DNA of 63,892 bases, filler included, from Octopus bimaculoides (lineage: Eukaryota), in assembly GCF_001194135.2 (NCBI RefSeq). It is 7 parts of 5 records of this genome, joined end to end, with 100 filler letters (N's around TTAATTAATTAA, not from the genome) between each part and the next. Parts side by side here need not be neighbours in the genome. Positions count along the whole stretch, not along the records: positions 23,421 to 48,545 come from NC_068986.1; 6 more parts are not named here. One strand, 5' to 3'. The notes below the pieces were generated by a model, which saw only the letters and a list, made by a program, of their open reading frames with translations, was not told where the DNA came from and made no database searches. Of the stretch, positions 23,587 through 36,800 are shown in pieces. Numbering within the stretch: position 1 is the stretch's first letter; each line of letters starts with the position of its first letter. Position numbers and translations under genes: made by a program.

Positions 23587-25483
23587 TGGCATGTTTGTCA
23601 ATAATGAACACTAGAAACGGAAATAATTTTAAAGCTGTAATGCTTTGCCTCCTCACAACTAAATATTTTTAAAACAAAATGTTTTTTTCTTAACATACAT
23701 TTTAACTATAGTTATAATTAGAAGTATAACAGAACATACGAATTATTTTCACAAAGTGGCGATTCCATTGCTTTGCCGCTGTATATGTAATATTTTAAAC
23801 GCAGAATTTCAAAGAAACTGGTCGAAAGTGATATCTTCATCTTTTCAAGTTTCAAGCTAAATTGTGTAGAAACATGAAAATTCCCCCTACACACACATGG
23901 GAAGACAAGTATCGAATTATGGTAGGAGTTGTCAGCGCTGTAATCATGTGTTTCTGGATATGATGCGTTTGTTATATCTAAAACGTTTTGTGTGCAATAA
24001 CATATACTCTAAAAGTTGGACATGTAGAATATTTTAGTTTCTATATATTCCATATTCATTAATATCAGTTTTCCTGATCTTGGATTGTAAACAAAAAAGA
24101 CTGCTCTATAGAGGAGTATATTTTCCGCTGAGCCTGTTTCAGAGTCTAAAATGGTCGGCATAAACTTGATTACAGATAAAGAAAACTACACACGAAGAAT
24201 GTTTAGTTTATATTGCGTATTTCTAAACAATATTTTTCGGTAAATAGTAAGATTTAACCTGACAGTTATCGAAGGAAAGCCATTAGAATTATTGGTTTTT
24301 GAAGAACGATAAGATGATTAATTTTAGTGTGGGTTGGGGATGAGGATATTTTAACAAATGTCTCTTGTTCTTGTGATTTTAATTATATTTAAGCTTCAGA
24401 TTTTATAACAGTTATGCTTATACAAGTAATGATTATTAGTAATTAAACAAAAGCCATAAGATATTGCATCTTCTAAATTGACAGGAGAATTAAACTAAAC
24501 CATTATTTTTCTACCGAAATGTTTTCAGTTACTTTTCAGTTTTTTATACATTCAAAATTCGTAATATCGTATTTACGTTTGTAGGTATGTCCACTTCTAA
24601 ATAAATCAATCATGGATTCTTTAATAAAACTTTTGCTGAATCTCAAACTGTATATCTATTCTTGAATATCAAATATTCTGTTATCTCCAGCGTACTTTTA
24701 TCACACTTGCGCATCATTTCTTTCTTCTTAATCATCAATGTTCCTCTGAGCCATTCTATCAACGCACATACAGTTTTGTCTGTAGCTCCGAGGAAGCCAG
24801 CATGAGCTAAAGAAATTTATAAACTTACAAGCTAATTTATAAATAAATATATTTATATTTACTTTCTGAAACACTGAGTACTTTATTTACTGTAGGAAAA
24901 AACTTTTTGATGAAAATATATTTATCTGAATCAATCTTCTCGTAGCACTTTTTATAAATGAAATGCTAGCCACACAGAAAAAGCAAAACTACTTATCAGT
25001 AACAAAATGTTCTATTTCACCTCAAAATATATATAATAAATGCCTGCAGCGGAAGACTGTCAATTTTATTAATAGACTTAGCTAGCGAGATTTATATTAT
25101 TTTATAAACATGAAGTCAATTAGTATGACATCAATGAATCTTTATCCACATCTAACATATAATGCAAGTTTTAATTCTGATGTGAATAGACTATTTTCAT
25201 TAACATAACTTGAAAGATTCCTCGATATAAAATTATTTTCGGTTTAATTTACGGAGTACATGGGTAATTACAATACTAACCATGTCTACTTACAGTCTTG
25301 AGAAACTAATATAAGAATATGATTCTGGTGATTTTCTACATTGTGTATTTTTGTATCATAAAAACCCATAATGTGAAAAGGAAGTTGAACATCATTAATG
25401 AAATCCATATATACTTGAATTTCACTGTATACTATGCACTTGAGTTGAAATAGCTTTATTATTATTCTTATTGGCGCATCCTT

Positions 25484-25528
25484 TGTCTGAAATCTTTCGT
25501 CACACATCATGTGATCTCTTCAGTACCT
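25484..25528 (-). ncRNA. Hammerhead motif, paralogue of 63306-63350, helix I degenerate
   Basis: Minus strand: GGTA-CTGAAGA-G-ATCACA(TGATG)TGTGAC-GAAA-GATTT-C-AGACA; AATAAA about 30 nt downstream (plus-strand tttatt 25455-25460). Confidence 0.55.
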
Positions 25529-27049
25529 CTTAACCCCACGTGCTTCCTCCTGTTCTACATAGTCCATTCTGTCTTCTGTGGTATACATTCTTTTTTGTGC
25601 GTCCGTTTGCGTCCATCTGTCCGTATGTCTCTTTCTTTCTCTCTTTATCAATCTCGCTCTCGCTCTCTCTCTCGCTCTCTCCTTCTCTCACTCTCTCCTT
25701 CTCTCACTCTCTCTCCCGGTGTGTGTGCGTGCGCGTGTGTGTTCATGTTTTTGTATGTGCATTTTGTCTGCGTGTATGTGGGGTTGCTTACTGAAAAGTC
25801 TGTATCAAAGATGTTTATATATTTGTCTTTCGTTTATACAATTACATTTATTCTCATTCCGTCTTTACCATGTCTATGTGTGTCTTGTGTGTATGTGTGT
25901 GTTTTCGTTTATGTATTGTTTGTATCTGTCGCTTGTTTTCTTCTATTCTGTCATTAGTCATCAAGTTGCAAAGTGTCGTAGAGTAGAAGGGTGTTATTAT
26001 TCCATTTATGTTTTGCTTTGAAGCTCGGTCTGTCTATTACTATATGTATGACCTCTGTAATCTGTAATCTGTCTACTATGTCCTATCTATTCTATTTGAT
26101 AATAAAGACGTAACACCTATATCATTAACCGAGCCTCCATGTTCTAACTGAGCATGTTGGTAGGACACTAACAAGCTTTTCTCCCCCTTGAGACCCTGCC
26201 AGTGTTCGACTTCGCACTCATCTATGCTACCGGTTGCCTCCCCAGTATATGGTGCTGTCCCATTTGTGCACCTTCCCTCTGTACACCATATGTTATAGAC
26301 TACATTCTTCTAGCCTATAATATATGTTGACCTGTGGTTTCATTCAACATACTATACATTTGTTAACTATACATAGAGCCTTTTAAAAGGTGTGTGCGTG
26401 TGTTTAAGTGTAGAGTCGTATGGCTTAAAGGTTAAGGAATTCCACCCGTGATCGTAATATTGCTGTTTCGACTCCTGGTTTGGTCGACGTGCTTTGTTCT
26501 TGAAAAACAAAAATAAATTTCATTTGATGAATTTCTAGTTCATAATGTTTCATTCATAATTTTTTCATTTATTTTTTAATTTTTATTTCTAATTAACCTT
26601 TAGTTCTGATTCTTACGTTTAAGTTTCAGTTTGAACTGCAATAACATATTACTTTGTTTATATCATAGCTTAAAACAATAAGTATTCTTGTATTTTTTAT
26701 TATTCAATTTATTTTTTTTTTATTATTCAATTGATTTTTAATGATAATTAGATAAGCGTTTTTAGTCTTAAATAGTCTACCTTTAACTATTGTATCGTTA
26801 AAATATGTGCTAATATTATCTTTATTATTATTTTAACCTTAAACTTCGTTCACATTGTATTTAAAACGATAAAAAATTATTTAAGCTGTTTTTGTATATA
26901 ATATACCTGTTAGCTTATATTATAATGGATGTAAGGTTGATTATGGAAAGTTTATAATTTTGATATTTTTAATAATATTTTTCTATCTTTATACAATAAG
27001 TATTTTATATATATTCATTTGGTACTTATTGTTGGTTGATATATGCATT

Positions 27050-27082
<33 letters not shown>

Positions 27083-29159
27083 GTATTTTGACATGCCGAT
27101 TAGCTGTATTTTTGAATAGAATTGATTTTCGATAATTTTAATCGATTTTAATCGATTTAAATTTCCTTTCTATTTGAAAATTAGTTATGAAACACGTGTA
27201 GTCATTTTATTATCTTTAACTCATGATATTTACTTTGTATCNNNNNNNNNNNNNNNNNNNNNNNNNNNNNNNNNNNNNNNNNNNNNNNNNNNNNNNNNNN
27301 NNNNNNNNNNNNNNNNNNNNNNNNNNNNNNNNNNNNNNNNNNNNNNNNNNNNNNNNNNNNNNNNNNNNNNNNNNNNNNNNNNNNNNNNNNNNNNNNNNNN
27401 NNNNNNNNNNNNNNNNNNNNNNNNNNNNNNNNNNNNNNNNNNNNNNNNNNNNNNNNNNNNNNNNNNNNNNNNNNNNNNNNNNNNNNNNNNNNNNNNNNNN
27501 NNNNNNNNNNNNNNNNNNNNNNNNNNNNNNNNNNNNNNNNNNNNNNNNNNNNNNNNNNNNNNNNNNNNNNNNNNNNNNNNNNNNNNNTGTGTGTGTGTGT
27601 GTGTGTGTAAATGTATGTGGGGGTACATATACACACGCAACACACACACATATACACACACATGATTACCTGTGTAATTTTATGTGCAGATGTGTGCGCG
27701 TGTATATGAATGACTGTCTTTGTTTACTTGGATACACATGCTCTGAGAAAATTGAATTTTCGAAACCCACTGTAAAAGCTGAGGGTATTATACGAGTGTT
27801 TATTTTGGTTTCTTTGTCATAATTTATTTATGCCTGACCCCGTATGTTTCTGAAGTTTTACCTCTCTATCATGTTTACAGTTTATTTTTCTCCATACAAT
27901 TCAAGTATGTGGATTAAGTTTCATTTTTCATCTTGATATATAAGTCCTGCAGACGCCACCATATACACAAAACTTAATATTTCTACTGTGACACTGATAT
28001 ATTCATTAACACCAAACTCATATAGAAGAAATATCCTTTTCACATATAATGTACCACATAAACAATAAAGGTAGAGATAATATAATGCTAATACTGTCTG
28101 AAAAATTTGACGTATACATGAATAATTCGTCTGGCAAATGTTTCATATGAAAGTATTCCGTTAAATTTTGAACATTAGAAAAGATTATTTACGTTAAACC
28201 ATGGATTATTTCTACAGGAGATAAAATATGCAACACATTTCATATTGTAGGATGCCTAGAAATTTCAATTCGATGCAAGTTTATTATATTCGGTGCTAAA
28301 TTAAAAAAGAATTCTTAATCTTTGGACAGGCTTCAACCGAAGTCAATTCATATGCATGGATTATGCGTCCGTGTTTTCGTTATTTTTGTATTCATCAATT
28401 CTTCTCCTCTTTAGCATTCCCGTGACTAATCAATAGCAACTCTTTCATTAAAGAACGCCTGACAGAAATGCAGTTTTTTATTAATATGTGTGTGTGCGTC
28501 TGTATGTGTGCGAGCGCATATGTGTAGGTATGTAAGTACGTTCATTTCTTCATTTTTAGTATGTACCAGCATACTGGCACATGACTCGTCTATTCGCTGT
28601 TGCATTTCTCATTTCCGCAGGATGCAATACATTCATAACACGCTGCAGTAAGAAGACTAATGCGTCTTCGAGGCACTTGGTGTTTCAACACTGTTGTATC
28701 TCCTTAACGAAATCTATCCCGCAGAAATTAATCCACCAATAACTTATTGCTCATGATTGCCATCCGATAATATATTGTCAAGTTCACGTAGAGGAGCAGT
28801 AATCTAGATGTTGACAGTGCCGGTAGGCAGATATTCGTTTGAGAGGAACTCATTTAAAAGCGAGAATTCATTTAAAGGCGAATTCATTTAAAGGCGAATT
28901 CATTTAAAGGCGAAGAAAAAAATAAGAAACGAAGCGGAAATCGTGAACAATACAACACGCCGCATCCAAGCCCCGACCTTCATCATATTTCAATGAAATC
29001 TATTTGTTCTGTTATTCGGAAGGCTATTCTCACACAGACATGAGTAGGGAAATACTTTGAATTTACAATTATTAAGAACCTGCTGAAGTGAACGGAATTG
29101 ATTTCCGGCTTATAAATCCTATACATGAATGAATGAATCAGTCAATTAATAATTTTCAT

Positions 29160-29375
29160 TGGCAAGGCGATGAGCTGGCAGAAACGCTAGCACCCCGGGC
29201 GAAATGCTTAGCAGCATTTCGTCTGTCCTTACGTTCTAAGTTCAAATTCCGCCGAAGTCAACTTTGCCATCCATCCTTTCGGGATCGATAATTTAAGTAC
29301 CAGTTGCGTACTGGGTCGATCTAATCGACTGGCCGCTTCCCCAAAAGTTTCGGGCCTTGTGCCTAGACCAGACGA
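29160..29375 (+). mobile_element. SINE family B, near full length
   Basis: ggcgatgagctggcagaaacgctagcaccccgggcgaaatgcttagc...aagttcaaattccgccgaagtcaactttgcc...cgggccttgtgcctag. Confidence 0.88.
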
Positions 29376-30189
29376 AAATAATTCACATTGGTAGGTCTTT
29401 GGTAATATGTGCACTGCAAAATTTCAGTTAATCAGCCAAATACAACTTTAATTATGGCAGGTTAATTTTAAATTCCATTAAACTGTATTGCACATTCATG
29501 TAAATTTTGATATAAGCAGCATAATTATATTCTGATAATATTTTTAAATGTTATAATGGCCCGAATTACGTCTACTATTTAAGACAATAATGTGTTAACC
29601 TACAATAGTAAAATTTGTAATTTATGATCCACCCTCTAAGGCTTTCCCGTAATATTTCATATACCCACACTGAAGAGTCCTTGAAAACGGCCTGTAGATA
29701 ATTGTCGACATTTGAGGTTATATCATCATTTGTGGGTAGGAATACGCAAATAATCATATTTTAAAGATAATTCAAGGACACTTCATTGCAGATATATTAG
29801 TATGTCATTTATGTAAGGAATAATTCGCCAAGCAGTCAGCAAAAGATGCGATATGTAGTCATAACAAGAATCTGGTCCGCTGTTTGTTTCCACGTAAGCT
29901 CTGAAAAACGCATGTAGACTTCAAACAAGCTTACCATTTAAGTTGAAATAAACATATATTGGAATCAGATACGCTTCTTGATGAGGCTTAAATTTATGCA
30001 TGCAGATCAAGTTGAATTCAAAACAACAATATAACTGTGTTATCATGTATAGCAACTCAGATAAGTTGATATAAGTAGATAGAGAGAAATTTTACAAGTA
30101 CAATGATAAGGCTTATTATTTAGCGATTAGTAAATGATCTGCAAAAACTTTGGCTCGAAATGAGATTTAAATAACAACTATACTTCACA

Positions 30190-30500
30190 GTAAAATATGT
30201 TTGCCAACGTAAGTCAGCAGTCCTGCATAGGACTCTTACTAGCTTTTAATCCCAGGAACACATCATACCCAGCTTCTGGCTAATTTTCCGTCGCCAGTAC
30301 TGAACAACTGCCGGCTACAGATAGCATTGGTCTGTTGGTAAGCTATTATATCTAGCCGGCGTTTGTCCAACACCGAGGACGGGGAATTGCCCAGAAGCCT
30401 TTGGTATGTCGGTAGTGCTAGTGGCTAGCAGGGAGCAGTACTGTTCCTTGATCACAGTATATTTCAGACGCAGATTGTGTGTCAATAACCAGATGGAAAA
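30190..30500 (-). mobile_element. Very degraded non-LTR RT relic (clade uncertain)
   Basis: Minus strand gives ...TDIPKAS (cf. DIxKAF) and ...QDC*LTLANIF (cf. QGSxLSPxLFNIF) with stops and shifts. Confidence 0.3.
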
Positions 30501-31629
30501 TATATTTTCCTGGCGTTAAAAGGTAGTAACATGGTCTTACGTAAGACTACCACCTTACGTTGGCAAATAGATTTAAACTATATATATATATATATATATA
30601 TATAANNNNNNNNNNNNNNNNNNNNNNNNNNNNNNNNNNAAGGAGAGGAAGAGAGAGAGAGCGAGAGAGAGAGAGAGAGAGAGAAAGAGTCAGAGAGAGA
30701 CCAAGGAGGGAGTAAAACTATGAGCTCCAGAGTTGCTGACAATAGAAAACACTTACTAGTGCTCCAATAATGTGAACTCACTCTCCGAAATCTTTATCGA
30801 GGAGTAAGTCCGCAGAGATTGGCTGTAAGAGGAAACTGGTGAGCTGCTATGGAGAAATTGATACAAATACACAAATAAACACGCTTTGGTATGGAATGAA
30901 AATTCACATACACACACATATGAATATATTTAGATATATATATATAGAGCGATAATATAAATGTGAAATTGTAAAGATTAACATTCATGTGCAAACCTAG
31001 ATATATTCATGTATTAAGAGAACAAATTTATATGGAGTACAGAGATACAGAAAACCGAGTGGAGGCTGTATGCTATTTCAAGTCTGACATCTTTCTTAGG
31101 GGCTCGCTCGGAATTACGTAATAGTTTTAATGCTAGCAAATTGAGTGTGCGAATGTCAAGAATACGTAACCAGTAGTGGGTGACTATAAGCATTACCGTA
31201 AATCCGGCTGCCATCTTCAGAGGAGAGAGATTGGTATCTGAGGTTTCAGATTGAAATGCAAGTAAATCTAAGAGTAAAACGAGTGAAGAAGAATGCAAAT
31301 ATATGTTCGTGGAAGGAGTAAGTAGGCGATTCAAGGGAAGTAAAATTTATGAAGCAGAGGAAAAGCAAAAACGGACAGGAGAGAATGGGCTGGATTACTT
31401 TAGGATTTCAAATTCTAGTTCGCCTTCCTTATTGTTTACATCTGAGAATTGTCTCCTCCTGATTGAAGGTAGGTCAATAAGATTTTATTAAATGCAGGCT
31501 ATTTTTTTCGGGATGAATTGGGACCACAGAGAGATGATACGAAGTTCTCAGTCCCTCCATTTAATGAATCTGGGATATCGGAAATACATTTTTTTCCCTA
31601 AAATTGGTAATTGCAAATAAAAGGATGCT

Positions 31630-32370
31630 CTCTCCATTATTTACATTATTTACATTGGACGGATATGTGTCCTCATCTTGCTTGTTGTAACTACAACGTT
31701 TCGGCTGATTTCCTCTCCATCCATACAGTGTTAAGAGAGGGATTCCTCAGTGCCTAAAACATTAAACAAAGAATATAAATAGATATCCTGATTCACGTAA
31801 CAATCTATTAAGAAACAACTACCCCCAAAACATACTATCTACACCACTTATGAAGAAAAAAGGAGATGAAACCAATAAACTGCCCACAGTCTATCAATTA
31901 TGTGTGAAAGGCCTCTCCGAAAAGATACAAAAGATATGCGGCCCATATGACATCAGGACAGTATTCAAGTGTAATACAACACTTCGCAAATGTCTCCGNN
32001 NNNNNNNNTGTCTCCGAGTAAAACCACCAATAGAAGAGAATATGACCAAAAACTGCGTGTACTCCATCACATACAGTAGATCATACAAAAGCGAAACACG
32101 CCGCCCCCTCAAAGCGAGGGTAGAGGAATATCGAAAAGCTGTGAAACGAGGAGATATTGATAAATCGGGTATAACTGATCATGTATGGAAAAATGCAGAC
32201 CACCTCTCCCTGTGGGATGAAGTTAATATAATAGACAGAGAACACAACTGGAAAATACGAAAACTAAAAGACGCAGCACGTATGCTAGGACACTATAACT
32301 TCATAAGCAGACCTAGTGCTGATATAACTAGCATATGGGAAGCGAAATTAAGATACAGGCACCTAAACAT
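31630..32370 (+). mobile_element. Penelope-like element 3' fragment (GIY-YIG endonuclease) with an inverted pseudo-LTR relic at its 5' side
   Basis: ORF 31850+: ...NCVYSITYSRSYKSETRRPLKARVEEYRKAV...KSGITDHVWKNADHLSLWDEVNIIDREHNWKIRKLKDAA matches the PLE pattern VYxI...YxGETxRxLxxRxxEH...SxIxxH...W...IxxExxxxxRKLKEA. A minus-strand hammerhead relic lies at 31691-31732. Confidence 0.85.
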
Positions 32371-32442
32371 AGCAAAACGGTTGTCAAGCGATGGGGGGAG
32401 GCATAAACACACTCACACACAAATATATACACACACACACAT

Positions 32443-32486
<44 letters not shown>

Positions 32487-33807
32487 NNNNNNNNNNNNNN
32501 NNNNNNNNNNNNNNNNNNNNNNNNNNNNNNNNNNNNNNNNNNNNNNNNNNNNNNNNNNNNNNNNNNNNNNNNNNNNNNNNNNNNNNNNNNNNNNNNNNNN
32601 NNNNNNNNNNNNNNNNNNNNNNNNNNNNNNNNNNNNNNNNNNNNNNNNNNNNNNNNNNNNNNNNNNNNNNNNNNNNNNNNNNNNNNNNNNNNNNNNNNNN
32701 NNNNNNNNNNNNNNNNNNNNNNNNNNNNNNNNNNNNNNNNNNNNNNNNNNNNNNNNNNNNNNNNNNNNNNNNNNNNNNNNNNNNNNNNNNNNNNNNNNNN
32801 NNNNNNNNNNNNNNNNNNNNNNNNNNNNNNNNNNNNNNNNNNNNNNNNNNNNNNNNNNNNNNNNNNNNNNNNNNNNNNNNNNNNNNNNNNNNNNNNNNNN
32901 NNNNNNNNNNNNNNNNNNNNNNNNNNNNNNNNNNNNNNNNNNNNNNNNNNNNNNNNNNNNNNNNNNNNNNNNNNNNNNNNNNNNNNNNNNNNNNNNNNNN
33001 NNNNNNNNNNNNNNNNNNNNNNNNNNNNNNNNNNNNNNNNNNNNNNNNNNNNNNNNNNNNNNNNNNNNNNNNNNNNNNNNNNNNATATATATATATCCGT
33101 ATATGTATGCATACGTGTGAAAGAAATTCAGGATAAGATAAATGTTTCACGTGAAGAAAGGTATTTAAAAATTGCATATATATAATGTCTAAAACAATAT
33201 CAACATCCCAACAGCATACATCAATAACACAAAAATATGCAACATAACTGCATTAAAATATTTTCACACAGAATAACAAGCTCTAAGGTAAAAGATATTC
33301 AAATAAAACGGTCAACACAAAAGCGATCAATTAAAGATTTCATAAGCAGCCTTTGAACAATAGCAGCAACATTTTCCACTCCATCAAACTAAATAGCGTA
33401 GAGAATGGTTTCCTATATTTCACGCATACGTGCAATTAAACCAATCGTTGTCGAGTTTTCACTCTCAATTTTTGTTGTTGCTCTGTTAGACACATATACA
33501 CATTAGTGAACATACGCTCGCACGAAGTCACACACAGACACACAGACGCATACACGCACACACATATTTATAGAATTAAAATCAATTTAGATGTATTCAC
33601 ACTATCTTTTTTCACTATCATTTCCAGCATTCTAGTACGCTATAATCTATATATCTCTATAAACGTCATCAGCAACATCAATAAGCTAAACAATAAAGAA
33701 CAACAAATCCTGCATACATAACCACATGCACAAAAAAAGCATGCATACATGCATAAAACACGCATGCACACACACAATCGCACACGCACATACACACACA
33801 CACATAA

Positions 33808-33899
<92 letters not shown>

Positions 33900-36800
33900 G
33901 AGCTTATGCAATGCATATATACAGGATCTTGTCCGTATATCTATGTGTTTATATAGATGTATATGTGTATGTATGTGTTTATATGTGTATATCTCTGTAC
34001 GCACGTATGTATATATCACATACAGTATTTTCCTAAATATTAAATCTGTCTATCAATATGTCTCCTTCGTTATAGTTTTCATTGATGGTTTTTCACAATT
34101 TCTCTCTTTTTGCAGTTTATTCCACTCTCGTAGTTACATTATCCTACTGCTTATTTTCAATGATTTTTATCACTTACTATCTCAGAATCATCTATTTGCT
34201 TAATACGAACTAAAGCTTAAATGGAAATTAACTGTAATCACGTTACTATGAAAGGACAGTAAATAAAATTTATAGACTATGCATATAACAAAATAATTGA
34301 ATCACAGAGAAACCTTACTTAAGGCACAAGTATGGATCCGTGGTTAGGAACTTCAGTTTGCATCCATATAGTTTTTCGGTTGTAAGTACTGCATCGAAAC
34401 TTAGGTATGTGTTTTCTACCATAAAACATTCCTAGTCAATAGTTTCCTATAAACATTATAAAGGGAATCGCAATTCCAGCACATTATTTCCTTTCTCCGT
34501 ATTTTTTTTTTTAATTTATTTGTATTCTCTTTAACTTTTATTTCCTCTCACCCATTTGTCTCAAAGAGAGTGGGCTTGAAATATCAAAGATTTTTGTATT
34601 TTTCCAGAGTGTGAAACTAATACACTTGCTTGTTGTTACCTCACTTGCCATTGTCTTTCGTTTACTGAGCACTGGAACTATGTATATNNNNNNNNNNNNN
34701 NNNNNNNNNNNNNNNNNNNNNNNNNNNNNNNNNNNNNNNNNNNNNNNNNNNNNNNNNNNNNNNNNNNNNNNNNNNNNNNNNNNNNNNNNNNNNNNNNNNN
34801 NNNNNNNNNNNNNNNNNNNNNNNNNNNNNNNNNNNNNNNNNNNNATATATATGTATGTATGTATGTATGTAAGTATAAACATTCATATACTTTCACACAT
34901 ATATATGTATATATGTTTTAAGTTATCTGTTTTCCGCCGCCAATCCGCCTCTCTATGGTGTCCCTTATTTACCTAGCAGTTATCTGGAAGTTCGGTAAAA
35001 GGAACCAAGAGTGAATGTAGTGGGTGTAGAAAAATGTATTGAGGACGATTTGCTCAACCAGAAGCATTAAAGAGGGGGCCCCGACAACACCATCACTCCA
35101 ATGACTGATACAAGTATCGATGAACCGATAAAATTTAAGGATAGATAATAATAACGAGTGGGTGAACCCCACAGTTTTCAGTTTTTATTCATCGATACAT
35201 TCATACTCAAGAAACAATGTTGTAAGCATTATGACAAGTTTCTCTAACAGTTTAGCAGTGTCATCATAGCATCATAACGAATATCGTAATTCTAGATGAA
35301 TTGATGCAATATTTGCAGAGGTAATTCTTATTGAGGATACAAATAATTGGGAAGTGTTGTGTCGGCGTACCCATTTAACTTGAATAAAAGGCAGGTCAAA
35401 CACAAGTGTAGTTTCTTCTGTGATTAAATAGCAATGTTGTATATTTGACTGAACAAATGAAATACAGGATTACCTTGCCACTCCGCTTTCTGCCGATATA
35501 CTTAGCATGTGTATATGTTTCTGTATGCTTGTGCACGCGGATGCATAACTCTGTGTGTGTATGCGTGAGTGCATGCGTGTGTAAGGTAATTAGTCAGATA
35601 GCAATAATATCACTTAGTGAGATCGATAGGTTATATTGAACTTGTCGTGGAGAATGTAAACTCCAACGTTCCAAATCATATCATTGCGCATCCTATCACA
35701 ATCCATTGAGATCCTATCACAATCCATATCAGCACAACAAGCCTTTCCCTGTCTCATTTACCAGTGTGTGGCCTCTCTGCAACCCATGGAAATCGGCACC
35801 ATGTGTCCAACAGGTTTAGATGAATATGTTACCTTCTAATTTTACATTTCTTCTTCAGTTTCCCCTTTCTTATATTTCATCTCAACTCTCCCCTTCACCA
35901 CAGTTCTGCATTTAACTAACCTTACATTTCATGCCTCTTCCCTTGTACGTCTTGGAACCAGCTTGTCTCTCCTAGTATATGTCAGAGACTCCTGTGATAA
36001 TGAGTTTCTAATATACTGTGCTGTGTCTCTTTAATTTTACACCTGTTAACGCTGCGCTGAAAACAGAATGTCCGAAAAGATGAATTTTGGCACATTCCTC
36101 GATAATTTCATCACAGTACTTTTGTCGGTTTTACTATATATAAACCCACAGATATAACTCATATAGGCGAATATATATGCATAAAACGACGTCCGCGCAC
36201 ACACAAACATACAATCACACACGCACGCACACACACAGAAGCAGAATCTCAGATGAAGATGGATACTGTTTTGATATGTTTTGAATATAAAAATTTTTAG
36301 TGGAAAGATATTATTTTGTTTTCGACTGAAACGAAGGGGAAGACATTGTAGTATTGTATATACGATACAAAATGTCCATACTATCAAACATTCCGAATTT
36401 ATTCACTTGTACACGCACTTATATATTCATATTTATGCCTACCAACGTTACTATACATTATTCTATGCAATTGTGTCTTTCTTATATTCATTATATACAT
36501 TTAGTTTTGTGTTTCTGTATATACAACTTTATGTGTAAGTATTAGTTATTTGCAAACGTATATGAGGTGGATATCAGATAAACAGACAGGCAAGAGCTAG
36601 ATTTAAAACCAGTAAGGCAGCAGTAATCTTCAAACAGATTAGGAATTAAAAAATGCATGTGAAAGAGAATGTTTAAAATATAAATAAATACTACTTAGAT
36701 TGCGTACTTGTACGTTTATCTTTGCAAAAGTAAACGAGAAGAAGAGAAATCTACGTGAGTGTGATTTCCAACCTAACGAAGTAAAAGAGTCAGAGAAGGT

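Noticed and set aside
25286-25510. 74 aa minus-strand ORF ending near a gtaagt donor
   Set aside because: Its 5' part is the hammerhead-bearing repeat, and the rest is AT-rich with no recognisable protein features.
31030-31480. Possible L2/Jockey-like RT C-terminal relic on the minus strand
   Set aside because: Only vague resemblance (LNLLAL, LGFLY) across several stops and shifts; not enough to call.
36046-36130. Minus-strand frame YCDEIIEECAKIHLFGHSVFSAALT as a possible exon
   Set aside because: No credible acceptor, weak donor (gtgtaa), short, and no recognised homology.
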